The notes under the pieces: generated by a model
What the model was told of the DNA's origin: nothing
What the model saw: the letters and a program-made list of their open reading frames with translations, nothing else
Database searches by the model: none
Shown here: in pieces, positions 50,015 through 61,261 of the stretch
Layout: every line of letters begins with the position of its first letter
Position numbering within the stretch: position 1 is the first letter of the stretch
Translations under genes and position numbers: made by a program
Assembly (NCBI RefSeq): GCF_028641065.1
Contig: NC_073390.1
Span: 28,458,001-28,522,000, forward strand
Direction: 5' to 3'
Length of the DNA stretch: 64,000 nt
Source: Leucoraja erinacea
Lineage: Eukaryota

Positions 50015-52991
50015 TTTATTTGGAAATAAATGGACAGATTTTGTAATGATGACCATTAAACTACCAGTTTACTCCTGTTTGCTAGATTGCAAATTTGGGG
50101 GGGGGGGGGGGGACAATCGGAGTACGTTCAGCAAGTAACTGCAGTGCATTTTGCAGATAGTGTAACACTGCAGCCACTGTACAGAGTGATGGAGGGAATG
50201 GTTTGTTTAAGTTGCTTAATGGAATGCTGATAGGCTGCTTTGACCTGAATGGTGGCAAACCTTGTTGGAGATGGAGTCATCCAGGGCATTGGAGACTATT
50301 CCATCACATGTGTAGGAAAGAACTGCAGATGCTGGTTTAAATCTAAGGTAGACACAAAATGCTGCAGCAACTCAGTGGGTCAGACAGCATCTCTGGAGAT
50401 GATTTTCTCCCCATTCCTTCTCTCCAGAGATGCTACCTGACCTGCTGAGATACTCCAGCATTTTGTGTCTATCCCATCACATTCCAGACTTGTGCCTTCT
50501 AGATGAATGAATGACTTCGGGGTATCAGGAGGTGAATCACTTGCCACATGATTCCAAGCTACTGACCTGGTCATGTAACCACAGCTTTTTTGTGTCCGGT
50601 CCAGTTAAGTTTCTGCTCGGCCTCCAACTGTAATGGCAGTGGAGTTGGCGGTTTTAGTGTTATTTAATGTGAAGCTTTAGGTGGTGAGAATGAATGAATA
50701 ACTTTATTGACCAAGTATGTACACATACAAGGAATTTGCCTTGGTGCTCCGCTCGCAAGTAAGAACACGACATACAGTAATAAACCATTAAGAATAAAGC
50801 ATAAAACATTAAGAATAAAACATTATAGTTTAAACATGTGAATGAAATAAAATACCAGAGCAAAAGGAGGCTACAGTTGGAGATGGTCAATCTTCTGACA
50901 ATAAACTTGTGTCAGAACACTAGAGGATTGATAATTTTGGCTAGTAAGGAAGAAGTGACACTCTGTATAATTACAGCCATTTTGTAGTTGCAGGCCAGCA
51001 AACCTAGCCTCAGAAGGGCAATGTTAATGAGATTAGTAGGTTTATTTTACAGTTTACGGGAATGAACAACAACAACAGCAAGCATAGAATTTGTTGACTA
51101 TCTCAATTGTCCTTTAAGCTGTTGGTGTGCCAGCTTCTTTGTGGTAGAGATGTACTATGTACAAACAGTGATGCCATATAGGAGAAAATAAAGATGGTGG
51201 CAATCACATGTTTTCCTCCCTTAGTTTATGAGATGAAGAAGTTATAGGCTTGGGAGATACTATCTATGAAGCCTTATTGAGGTGCTGCGCTCCCTCTGAG
51301 ACATGTGCCTGGTAGATGGTGGACAGGCTTTGTGACTTGCGAGGTGTCATCTGCCACGGGACCCCCAGGTGCATAACTAAACTCAGAGCGCAGGAAGAAT
51401 CCAGTAGACCCTGGTACAGGATCTCAAACTGACGTGTCAGCTTGCACCTTTTGTGCAAGTAGAATTGCAACCATCACTAAAGTTCCCATTTTTATATGAT
51501 TCAAAAGGTAATTATTGGGGCAATGCATAGTTGGCATTAGAACATTGTCCTGTCCTGCTCTCTGTCAACTGTTGTAATAATATCAAGAACATTCAACCTC
51601 TCTGCCTCTGGAATTCAGTTTTTTTCCCTCCATGCTTGGACCAGGGCTGTAATGAGGTTTGGATTAATAAACTTGAAAAAAATTGTTATCTGAATGGGAG
51701 AGCTGGAGAATTTAAATTCCATTAATTAAATAGAGACAAGAGGTTGCAGGTACTGGAATCTGGAACAATCTGCTGGAGGAACTCTCCAGCAACTGTGGTA
51801 GGAGAGGAACGGTGTCTGGGGCAGAGTTAGAAAATGTCCACAACCCAGATCCTCTGCATCTAACGTAGGTGTCACATGTTCCATTCCAAACCATGCTGTC
51901 CATGCTATTATAGCTCCACCCCAATCCAAAAGAGGATAAAATGACCATCCAACAGCTTGAAAACCAGATCTTTGGAGCAGACCAAATCGTAGCTCAAACA
52001 CGGGACAGTATTGTGTTTCAGCAATGTTTAGTGATACTTGAGGTGATCATCTTTGACGTGTACAAGATGTTGAGGATAGATATTAAGAAGCTGCTTCATC
52101 TTACAGGAGAGTCTAGAACTAGGGTCTAGGATAAGGAGGTGGCCATTTAAAACTGAAAAGCTATTTCTTCGTACAAAGTGTTGTAATTCCTTTGAATTCT
52201 GAACTTCAGGCCTGTGGATGTTGAGTATATTCGGGAAGAGATTTTTGGACAGGTGGAATTAGGAAATGTGGAGATCTTGCAAAGAACCTGATCTTATTGG
52301 GCAGAGGAGCAAGCTTGAGGGCTTTGTAGTCTACTTCTATTGTTAATGTTTAAAATTGACAGTTTAACTTAATGTCTAAAAAACAACAGAGTGAATGTTT
52401 CCCTTTGCCAATAGGTCAATAACAGGGAGGAAGACAATTTAAAATAATTGGTAAAAGATCATGGTGGTTGACATGACTGCTATCCCGAGGCCTGGGTATT
52501 GGTCTGAAAACAAGAGTTTGAATAATACCACCAGAGCATCTGGGGAATTTAAATTTGTGTAATTAAATGAATCTGGAATTCAAGCAGCCAATTATTTTTT
52601 TTTTTTTCAAACAATGTTTCTATAATGTACATTAGGGAACAAAATTGCCAGATGGGAAGCGATTGTATCCACTTGGTGTGTGGTGAGATGCTGGAACTGT
52701 CTGTTAGAAAGGCAGAGATCTATATTGCATGTTATGCAACTTAAATTAGTTCTAACATAAAGCTAGAGTCCAAGGGCTAGACTATGCATTTGTTTGTTAT
52801 TTTTTACTTCTCGTGTATGTATTCATTAGCTAATTTTGAAGAGTTTATAAGGAATGACCTTGGACTAAATTGGATATTCCTTTTACGACCAAATTAGCTG
52901 TTTGTCCTATAAAGTCTAATTCTATAACTGATTCGTATAAAAAAGGAAATTGCATTGTGTAAAAAAAATTAATATCCACTCTCCGTCTCAG

Positions 52992-53300
52992 TTTCAGCGC
53001 AAGCACCGAGCTCTGTTTCTGCAGCAGCGATTGCAGCTCAGGCTGGTGTAGGTGTAGCGTCTACTGTCCATCTCAACCCCATGCAGCTGATGACTGTGGA
53101 CGCCACGCATACACGTCACATTCAGGGGCTCCAGCCGGCGTCCATCACTGCCCAGGGGCTACAGCCAACTTCATTTGGCCCCCAAGGAATTCAGCCATCT
53201 CCACTTGGAGCTCAGGGAATTCAGTCATCCGCTCTTGGGACCCAGGCTCTGCAGCCTGCATCACTCGGCTCCCAACAGACGTCGGACAACAAACCACCAG
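52992..53300 (+). CDS. SAP130: SAP130 coding exon 12, with five 10-aa QG(L/I)QP-type repeats
   Basis: VSAQAP...GVGVASTVHLNPMQLMTVDA, then QGLQPASITA QGLQPTSFGP QGIQPSPLGA QGIQSSALGT QALQPASLGS; phase 1-1. Confidence 0.94.
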
Positions 53301-53429
53301 GTAAAAGGGAAAGCACACTTTAAAAACCTGCAGGGGTAGTTAATTAATTGGCTTGGCCGTATCTCCTTATAGCCATGCACTTATTAGCACTATCTATCTA
53401 GCATTATCTGCCTAGCTTTATCGTTATCT

Positions 53430-54115
53430 ATCATTTTGACGCATGTCCAGGTCAATATCATAAAACACCAGAGATCCCAGCACAGATCCACATGTCGCAG
53501 ACCCCAGAATAACATCCTTCCACCACAACCCTCTGCCTTCTATGAGGAAGCCAGTTCTGAATCAAAACAACCAAATCGCTGTATATCCCATGCATCTTAA
53601 CCTTCTGGATCAGCCTGCCAATGAGGGCTTCATCAAATGCCTTATTCAAAAACAGTTTCCACTGCCATACCCTCAACGATCACCTTCGCCACCTCCACAC
53701 AAAAAACCTCAAATCAAGTTTGGAAGACATGAACTCCTGTGGATAAAGCCTTGCTGACTGTCCCCAATTACCCCATTCTCTTCCATATGTAAGTAAATCC
53801 TATCTGATTAAAATCCTCTCCAATAGCTTACCAGCCACTGATGTGAGTTTCACTGACCTTTAATTTCCTGGAGCATCTCTATTTCCCTTCTTAAACAGCT
53901 TCACCCCTTGCCTGTGGCTAGAGAAGATGCAAAGATCCTTGTTAAAGCCCCGGCAATCTCCTCTCTTGCTCCTCTCAATAACACGGGATGGATTTCATCA
54001 TGTCCTCTGGTTTTATCCACATTAATACTCTTCAAGAGCCATAACACTATTTTCTTGAACTCAAATTGCCCAGGCATATTTGTATTCCCTACACTGATCT
54101 TCATGTCCTCCATAA
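53430..54115 (-). mobile_element. CR1 RT-region fragment
   Basis: Encodes KAFD...IQNWLPHRRQRVVVEG and VDKTRGHDEIHPVLLRGAREEIAGALTRIFASSLATG. Confidence 0.85.
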
Positions 54116-54577
54116 AGGGGCAGGCTTTACGGGAGGCCTTAAGTGCCTGAACATGGAGCCTAAACAATTAAGAACACTTGTAAGTGGTTGGGTGAAAGGA
54201 ATTGGGTGGATGATCAAGCTGCAATTGGAGGAGGATTATGGCACCAGAGGTGATTCGAATTAAGGAGTGAGACCACAGTGAGATTTGTAAACACATGTGA
54301 TGATTTTAAATGAGTGGCATTGATGTACTGGAAGTTGAATGTTCCATTCAGCCATCATCTCTGTGGAACCAATGTAAGATGTGGAGCAGCATAGTTTTGG
54401 ATGACTGCACATTTACAGAAACCGGAAAATTGGAGGTTAACAAGGTGAATGTCAAAGAATGGGAATGTGAAGTAACTAAAGTGTGTAAGAAGGAACTGCA
54501 GATGCTGGTTTAAACCGAAGATAGATATAAAAAGCTGGAGTAACTCAGCGGGACAGGCAGCATTGTTGGAGAGAAGG

Positions 54578-54619
54578 AATGGGTGACGTTTCGGGTTGAG
54601 ACCCTTCTTCAGACCGATT
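54578..54619 (-). ncRNA. Minimal type-I hammerhead ribozyme-like motif in a Penelope terminal repeat
   Basis: The minus strand reads AATCGGT CTGAAGA A GGGT-CTCA-ACCC GAAA CGTC^ACCCATT: CUGANGA and GAAA boxes, a 4-bp stem II, a GUC triplet and a 6/7-bp stem I. Confidence 0.6.
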
Positions 54620-55701
54620 ATTCGGAGTTAACAGCTTTTGTGCCTATCTTGAAGTAACTAAAACGTGGATGACTTGTCACGTGTGTTGGCAGTGGGGGAG
54701 GCATGATACTCTGGAGGTGAAGTTGATGGGCTGGTGGGTGCAGTATGGAAGCTTGGAGCTCCGTTCAGATCAAGGATACCAGTAATTTGGCCTTGCGTAG
54801 GATAGGAAATTGTATAATTTGCCACTTGGTAGTTGTGGTGGGTTATGAAGATAATGAAGCCTTTGTCTTCCCAATGTTTAATTGAAGAGATTTATTTGCT
54901 CATTTGCATCTGCATATTGAACTTGATGTCTGGCACAGGATGGAAAATGGATCAGAGGTGGCAGTGAGGTGGAGCACTTCATTGTCAGTGTACGTGCAGG
55001 ACATGATATTAATCAGTACTGTCAGAGAAAAGTGAATTCAAATTCTACCCAGAGCCTGAGCATAAGTTCTCTTCTGCATTTGATTTCAGTGGGAAGGAAG
55101 TGCTACACTAAGGTCCCATTTCGTAGACAAAAAACTGAACAAGATCCAACTGTTCTCTAATGCAATGATGTGGTACAGAAAAGGACAGGACATTATCTGT
55201 AGTAATTTAGCTAATATTTGTTTCTATCTATTCGACATTGTGATATTGTCTACATTAGTAACCAGAATATAACGTGCTTCATTGTCTACACATTGTTTTA
55301 GGGCACTGAATAATTAAAATGAAATGCAAGTGTACTTTGGTCCCTTGGGAACAGTGGAAAGTGGATCTTGATCACCTTGATCACGTACACTAATCACTAG
55401 TTCCATGCATCACACATGATATAAGCATCCTGATCAATTTATGAAGGGGTCAGCAATGGCTCTTTCTGTAAACAAGCATTGTTATTTGTGGGAGATTTTT
55501 ATTAATTTCTAGTGGGACATGGGTAACCTTCGGTGCTGAAATGACGAGAATTCCAGGAGCTTAACATTGCAGTTGGGTCCAGACCAGTTGGTGTTACACT
55601 TTGAAATTTGCTTGATGCCAGCTGATTACTTTTAGTTGAATGGTCGTGTCCATTCTGTCTGTATCATGAATGTGTCTTACATGTGCGTCCATGTTATTCA
55701 G

Positions 55702-55876
55702 CAGTGATGTTGACGGATGGAGCAACCATTATAGCCAATCCCATCAGCACGTTCAGCGCGACACCTGCTGTCACAACCGTGATTCAAACCCACACTCCAA
55801 GCAGCAGTACTACTGCTCTAACACAAGGATCTTCGCCACGGCCCAGTATTCTGCGCAAGAAGCCAGCCTCCGATGG
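55702..55876 (+). CDS. SAP130: SAP130 coding exon 13
   Basis: AVMLTDGATIIANPIS...QGSSPRPSILRKKPASDG; phase 1 to 2; CAGCAG tandem acceptor. Confidence 0.93.
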
Positions 55877-57000
55877 GTGAGAGCATTTAACTGTTGCTTT
55901 ACTTTTCCCCAGTCAAGCTGACCAAATTGTGATGAGATAAATGTAACCACCTTTCAATTGCATGGCATGTGTGGCAAAACCTGTCAATTCATGTTAATTA
56001 AATCATCTTGCATTCATCACATGTATTTTTGTAAAAGGAGAAATTGTATGGAAGAAAACTGGATAGATTTATTCTAACTTAAACTGGATTCCAGTTGGCT
56101 TCTTCTGTGGTGTCGTAGAGCAGAGACACAGGCCATCAACCCACAGTGTCTCATGTTAACTATCAAGCTGTCCTTGCACTAATCCCTTTTTTAAATTTAC
56201 ACCCAACCCCCTTACCAACACGGTAGTAGTAGCATTTGTAGTGGTCAGTTAACCTACCAACCTAGTGTTCCTTGGGATGAGGGAGGAAACTGGAGTACCC
56301 AGAAGAAACCCATGTGGTCATAGGGAGAACGTGCAAGCTGCACACAGACAGCATTAGAGGTCAGGATAAACCTTGGGTGTCTGGCAATGAATAAGCTCTC
56401 TTTTAAACTAAGTCACTGTGCTACTCTCTTGTGTTTGCTAATGTTCAAAATGAACAGGCATTTCCAAAGCACATCTGATATCACTTGACAGCAGTGAATG
56501 TTATACCCGTAGCTAATAAATATGCTTTTTGTTAGCCAAAGCAGACAGCTTTTATTAGTCTTGTTCGAAGTGGTTGATATTATTTGGCATAGAAATGGAC
56601 ATGTATCCTCTTAATGGATACCATATGCAAAATAAAATAAGAAAAAACACATTTGTAGAAAAACAGTTGGAGGCAGGCAGCATTTGGAGAGAAACAGTTA
56701 ACGTTTCTGGTCTAAGAAACAGTTCTGACTGTTTCTAGCATTTTCAGCTTTTATTTCAGGTTTCAATATTTTTAAAGATTTTTTTAAATGATCATTGTAT
56801 GTTGAAGTCAGAAAATGGATGAACTTATTGTCCATCTGAACTTGTTGCCGAGAACCATTCAGATGTTTATTCAACTGACTCCAACTTGTAGTATCACTAA
56901 GTTGCAATTATACTTCTACTCCAGGTTATTGTCTGAAATATAAATGTGATGTGATGCTGTTCACCAGCCTAGTTGAAATTGTCATGTCCATTGTTTGCAG

Positions 57001-57105
57001 CATGGCTGTTCGGAAGAGTCTCATCCCGCCACAGCCAACGGAGGCTACGAGCCCGCGATTAGACGGCACAATGCGTAATGCATCAGGATCCCCACGGCCA
57101 GTTGG
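57001..57105 (+). CDS. SAP130: SAP130 coding exon 14 (105-nt symmetric, probable cassette exon)
   Basis: MAVRKSLIPPQPTEATSPRLDGTMRNASGSPRPVG; phase 2-2; ttgcag acceptor and gtgaga donor. Confidence 0.88.
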
Positions 57106-57656
57106 GTGAGAATTGGAATTTTGCGATTGCTCCTATTTATTCAGTTCTTATATTTGCACTGCAGCAAGAGAAGGGTGATGTGCTCTGAGCTCTAAGAAAA
57201 TCCCCCCCATAGCCGATCACCTGGTAATACTATCCTGAGGGCCCAGGTGTACCCATCAAGTAGTTGAGACCAAGAACCGTCTCTGTAGGAACAGTCTCAG
57301 ACTATTTGCACAGTAGTTTGATGAGTGACCAGTTGATCAGTTTTGTGTTGGTTGGTGTGTGAACAGTGTTGGGGTTCTTTTGCATTCACTCAAAGGAACA
57401 CACAATTCTCATCCAAAGACTGCAATTGCGCAGTGTCCCATTCTTTCAGTGCCACGGAAGGCGAATCGTATGAATGCTTGATACTGCTGTGGCGATCTAG
57501 GTTTGTGCATCTCGAGTGAAATGTTCTCCAACCTCCGATTCAAAACTGTAACTAAACCAATCTATCCGTGTGGATGATTGAAAACAGGTATTCATTTGGA
57601 ACAGTTAATTAAACATTTTGATGTTTGATTTGGATTGTTTCTCTTTTTTTTTTCAG

Positions 57657-58015
57657 ACCCAAATCTAAGCCAGAGATCCACGTTTCAATTACCACACCAG
57701 TGGCAGTTGCAATGGAAGCAATCAGCAACCAGAACATGGAACCAATGCCCTTGTCAGGGCAGCCAAATTCTCAGCAGCCTCCGCCACCGATCCCAACACT
57801 CATTGCAGCAGCTACTCCCCATCCTCAGCCTACTTCTTTGTCAACTGTTACAGCAGCAGTCTCTACTACTACTCCAATTTCAGTTTCCATGACTACAGTG
57901 GTAGCTCCTCCATCGCAACCAGTTGCCATCTCTGTACCCGTCTCCATGAGCTCAACATTGCCAGAGATTAAAATCAAACGAGAGAACGAGTCTGTGGATG
58001 CACTGCCTGTATCAA
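57657..58015 (+). CDS. SAP130: SAP130 coding exon 15
   Basis: KSKPEIHVSITTPVAVAME...LPEIKIKRE. The donor A|gtaggt was chosen for phase-1 compatibility, so the 3' end is less certain. Confidence 0.85.
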
Positions 58016-58896
58016 GTAGGTGTTCTCCCTGCAGAGTCCATGTAAAAATTGACTTTGCTGCAATGAATTTTCATCTAATGATGAGGTTACCAATGCTTGC
58101 ATTATTTTTCCGGAGAATGGGGTAGGCAGGCGAACAATGATAACTGCTGAGCCCAGCATCCCATGGCCTAGTGAGAAACGTATTGGAGCATCGTAATCAT
58201 TCAAATTGTTGTCAAGAAAGGCTTTTTTTGGTCAAGGTTTTAAATAGCAAGCATGAGCAACTTGCAGAAGAGTGCACATGTGGATACAATATTCTGTGCC
58301 TACTGTTGAGAAATCTTTGTAAGAATGGGTGGGGTGAGGGGATATTTTTGAGGTAGGACATGGTTGGGGAGAAGTGTGTATGATGCACTGTAAATGTTTT
58401 CTGGCTGTAGCATGTGTGAAAGCATTGTAGTTTAGTAATGCTCACAGGAGAGGGGTCAGTTGGTGCACCAGTCCTCCCAGTTGATTTGCTCATTTATACC
58501 TGTTAATTCGCAGAAATGACCAGGAGTTTCATTAATGTGAAAAGCTAGGATTGTTTGGGTGCTACAACTTTGTTTTCTGGGGTGTTTATTTTTAGTTTTA
58601 TTCATCCATTTCCTGTTTCTGTCCCTCTATCTGAATCTCCTCTTCCAATTCATCATCCTAACTCTCAATGTCAATTCCCTCTTTCTTGCGCTCTCTCTCA
58701 CATGCTTCTACTATTCTCCCATCTGCCTATGTTGCTGCTTGCCTCTCTGGCTTTCATTTCCTTTGTGATCCTCCTCACTTGTTAATGTCCCCCCTCTATT
58801 CATTTTTTTCCACTAAATCCCTCTCTGGCTGTCACTCTTCTCTTCTTCTCACTTTTCTCTTATTATCTCACCCTTTTCGCCATCTCCCATTTGCAG

Positions 58897-59148
58897 TATC
58901 AACGTCCCAGAGCATGTCTGTGTCATCACCGGCTCTGATCCCAATGGTGAACAACCTCAACCTTCCTGGGAACGAGTTGCCGCTTGGTGCGTCCCCCCGG
59001 AAGAAACCCCGCAAACAGCAGCACATTATCTCCACAGAAGAGAGTGAAATGATGGAAACAAACAGCACCGATGAGGAGAAGAATAGCAGCAGCAAGCCGG
59101 TGCTGCTCAAAGCAGAGAAGAGGAAATCGCCGCCAAAGGAATACATAG
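58897..59148 (+). CDS. SAP130: SAP130 coding exon 16
   Basis: GASPRKKPRKQQHIISTEE...KAEKRKSPPKEYI; phase 1-1. Confidence 0.93.
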
Positions 59149-59406
59149 GTAAAATGAATTTTGCAGCCAAAATGAAGGCTGGCATTTGTACTCGCGAGGA
59201 GTGGACCAATGATAGTGTTCTTGGGCTGGGGATAGCGTGGCAGAGATTGGAAGGAAAGTGTGATTTGTAACCCCGAGAGGAGAGAGGTGGCATGTGTCTG
59301 CCTGCCCATTCCTAACCTCAAGCAGTATTTGTATTTTGGCATTGCAAATTGGTGCTTTGTCCACTTTTCTGAAATCTCTTGAACCCACTAAAATCTTGTT
59401 TTGCAG

Positions 59407-59532
59407 ATGAAGAGGGTGTCAGATATGTTCCCGTACGCCCTAGACCTCCAGTTACATTACTTCGACATTACAGGAACCCCTGGAAGGCAGCTTATCATCA
59501 TTTCCAAAGATATAGTGATGTGAAAGTCAAAG
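59407..59532 (+). CDS. SAP130: SAP130 coding exon 17
   Basis: DEEGVRYVPVRPRPPVTLLRHYRNPWKAAYHHFQRYSDVKVK, the conserved SAP130 C-terminal domain. Confidence 0.96.
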
Positions 59533-59744
59533 GTAAGACTTAAGTCAAAGGAAGATTTTCTGTTCCCGCTACATTAGGGATGAACCTTCTGGCAGTGGGA
59601 TTATTTAAACTGTTTCTAGGCAGAGACTTCAACCTTCAACCTCTAACGTGTTTAATGACGTAATCTCTTCAGCATGCAAAATGGTTTGAGCCACGATGAA
59701 CAATTAGTTATCTTATCAAAAAGCAGGTTGTAATTAAATTAGTC

Positions 59745-60719
59745 ACATAACACAGACTCTTTGGCCCACCATGTAGACCATCAAATTACCATTGTTCCAG
59801 TTTTCAGCATTTCAATGCCTTTAAATTCAAGTGTTCATTCATGTACTAAACCATTCTGAGTCTCTGTTTCCACCATCACCTTAGCCAGTGTGTTACAGAT
59901 TCCAACCACCATCCAGGTGAAAAAAAATATTCCTCCTACCGCCTTTAAATTTCCTACCCTGACCTTAAATCTATGGTTTTAGGTATCTCTGCTGTGGGGG
60001 GGAAAGTTTCTTGCGATATACCTCCTTTCTAATTTTGCATACATTGGTCTTCCCTCAACCTCTTCCACTTCAAGAAGAACAAATCCAACCTGTCATTCTG
60101 TCCATTTTACCAACTGATCAATTGTAGCCTGCAACATCACAAATGTTCATGTCACCTGTGAGCTTGCTGATCATATCTTTCACATGCACTTCTGGATATT
60201 TGTATAATGAACAGTAATGGTCCCAACACTGATCCCTCTGATGGTTAGAGGATTCCAATCACAAAAAACAACGTGACCTTTATCCATGCCTCGTATCATC
60301 AGGCCAATTTTGGATTCAATTTGTCAGCTTGCAGTGGACCCTATGGGCTCTGATCTTTAGGAGCTCTCTCCCATGTGAGACCATGACAAGTAACTATTGA
60401 GGTCCATGGACTACATCAAGTGTACTTCCCTCCCTAATACATTTTGGTACCTTTTCAAATAATCCAACCCAGAAAGTCAGACACGTCGACTCTAAACCAT
60501 GCTAACTTTGATTAATCCCAGTCTTTCCAAATACACATTAATCCTGTTTCTCATAATTTGTTTCAGTAAATTCCCCAGCTCTTGCCTCTGACATTGGATT
60601 TGCCATCATGGAATTATCTGGCATGACTCTGTAGCTCTTCTTGAATAAAAGTGCTATAATAAAATTCCTCCAGTCATCTGGCCCTGCAAAGGGTTCCAAA
60701 TCTGTTGGGGTCCTGGCTA

Positions 60720-60751
<32 letters not shown>

Positions 60752-60990
60752 ATTGCAGCCTGGGATATCTCACCTGGTCCAGGGGAATAATCCTTCTTTA
60801 AGCCCATTTTTTATGGATACCATATTCTAAGATTTCACTCTATCTCTACCACACCCTTGAATTCTCCCATTATAATGCCCCTCTCTTTTGTGAACACAGA
60901 TGAGAAGTACTTTACAACCTTTCCTACATTTTCCAAATCCATAAATATTTCCCCTTTAGTCACTAGTATGCCCACCACTTACCTTTCACA
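59745..60990 (-). mobile_element. Old, heavily decayed CR1-like LINE
   Basis: Patchy similarity to the other reverse-orientation CR1 copies; RT-like remnant PDDWRNFIIALLFKK. Confidence 0.6.
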
Positions 60991-61020
60991 TATAACTTAC
61001 CTTTAACATACCTTTAATCA

Positions 61021-61261
61021 TTTTTTACACAGAGAGTGGTGAATCTCTGGAATTCTCTGCCACAGAAGGTAGTTGAGGCCAGTTCATTGGCTATATTTAA
61101 GAGGGAGTTAGATGTGGCCCTTGTGGCTAAAGGTATCAGGGGGTATGAAGAGAAGGCGGGGATGGGATACTGAGTTGGATGATCAGCCATGAACATATTG
61201 AATGGCGGTGCAGGCTCGAAGGGCCGAATGGCCTACTCCTGCACCTATTTTCTATGTTTCT
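61021..61261 (+). mobile_element. Young CR1 3' end
   Basis: Near-identical to 2995-3235. Confidence 0.9.

Noticed and set aside
58668-58896. In-frame 5' extension of the SAP130 exon in the 200-aa ORF
   Set aside because: It is a translation of the polypyrimidine tract with no SAP130 similarity and no in-frame upstream acceptor.
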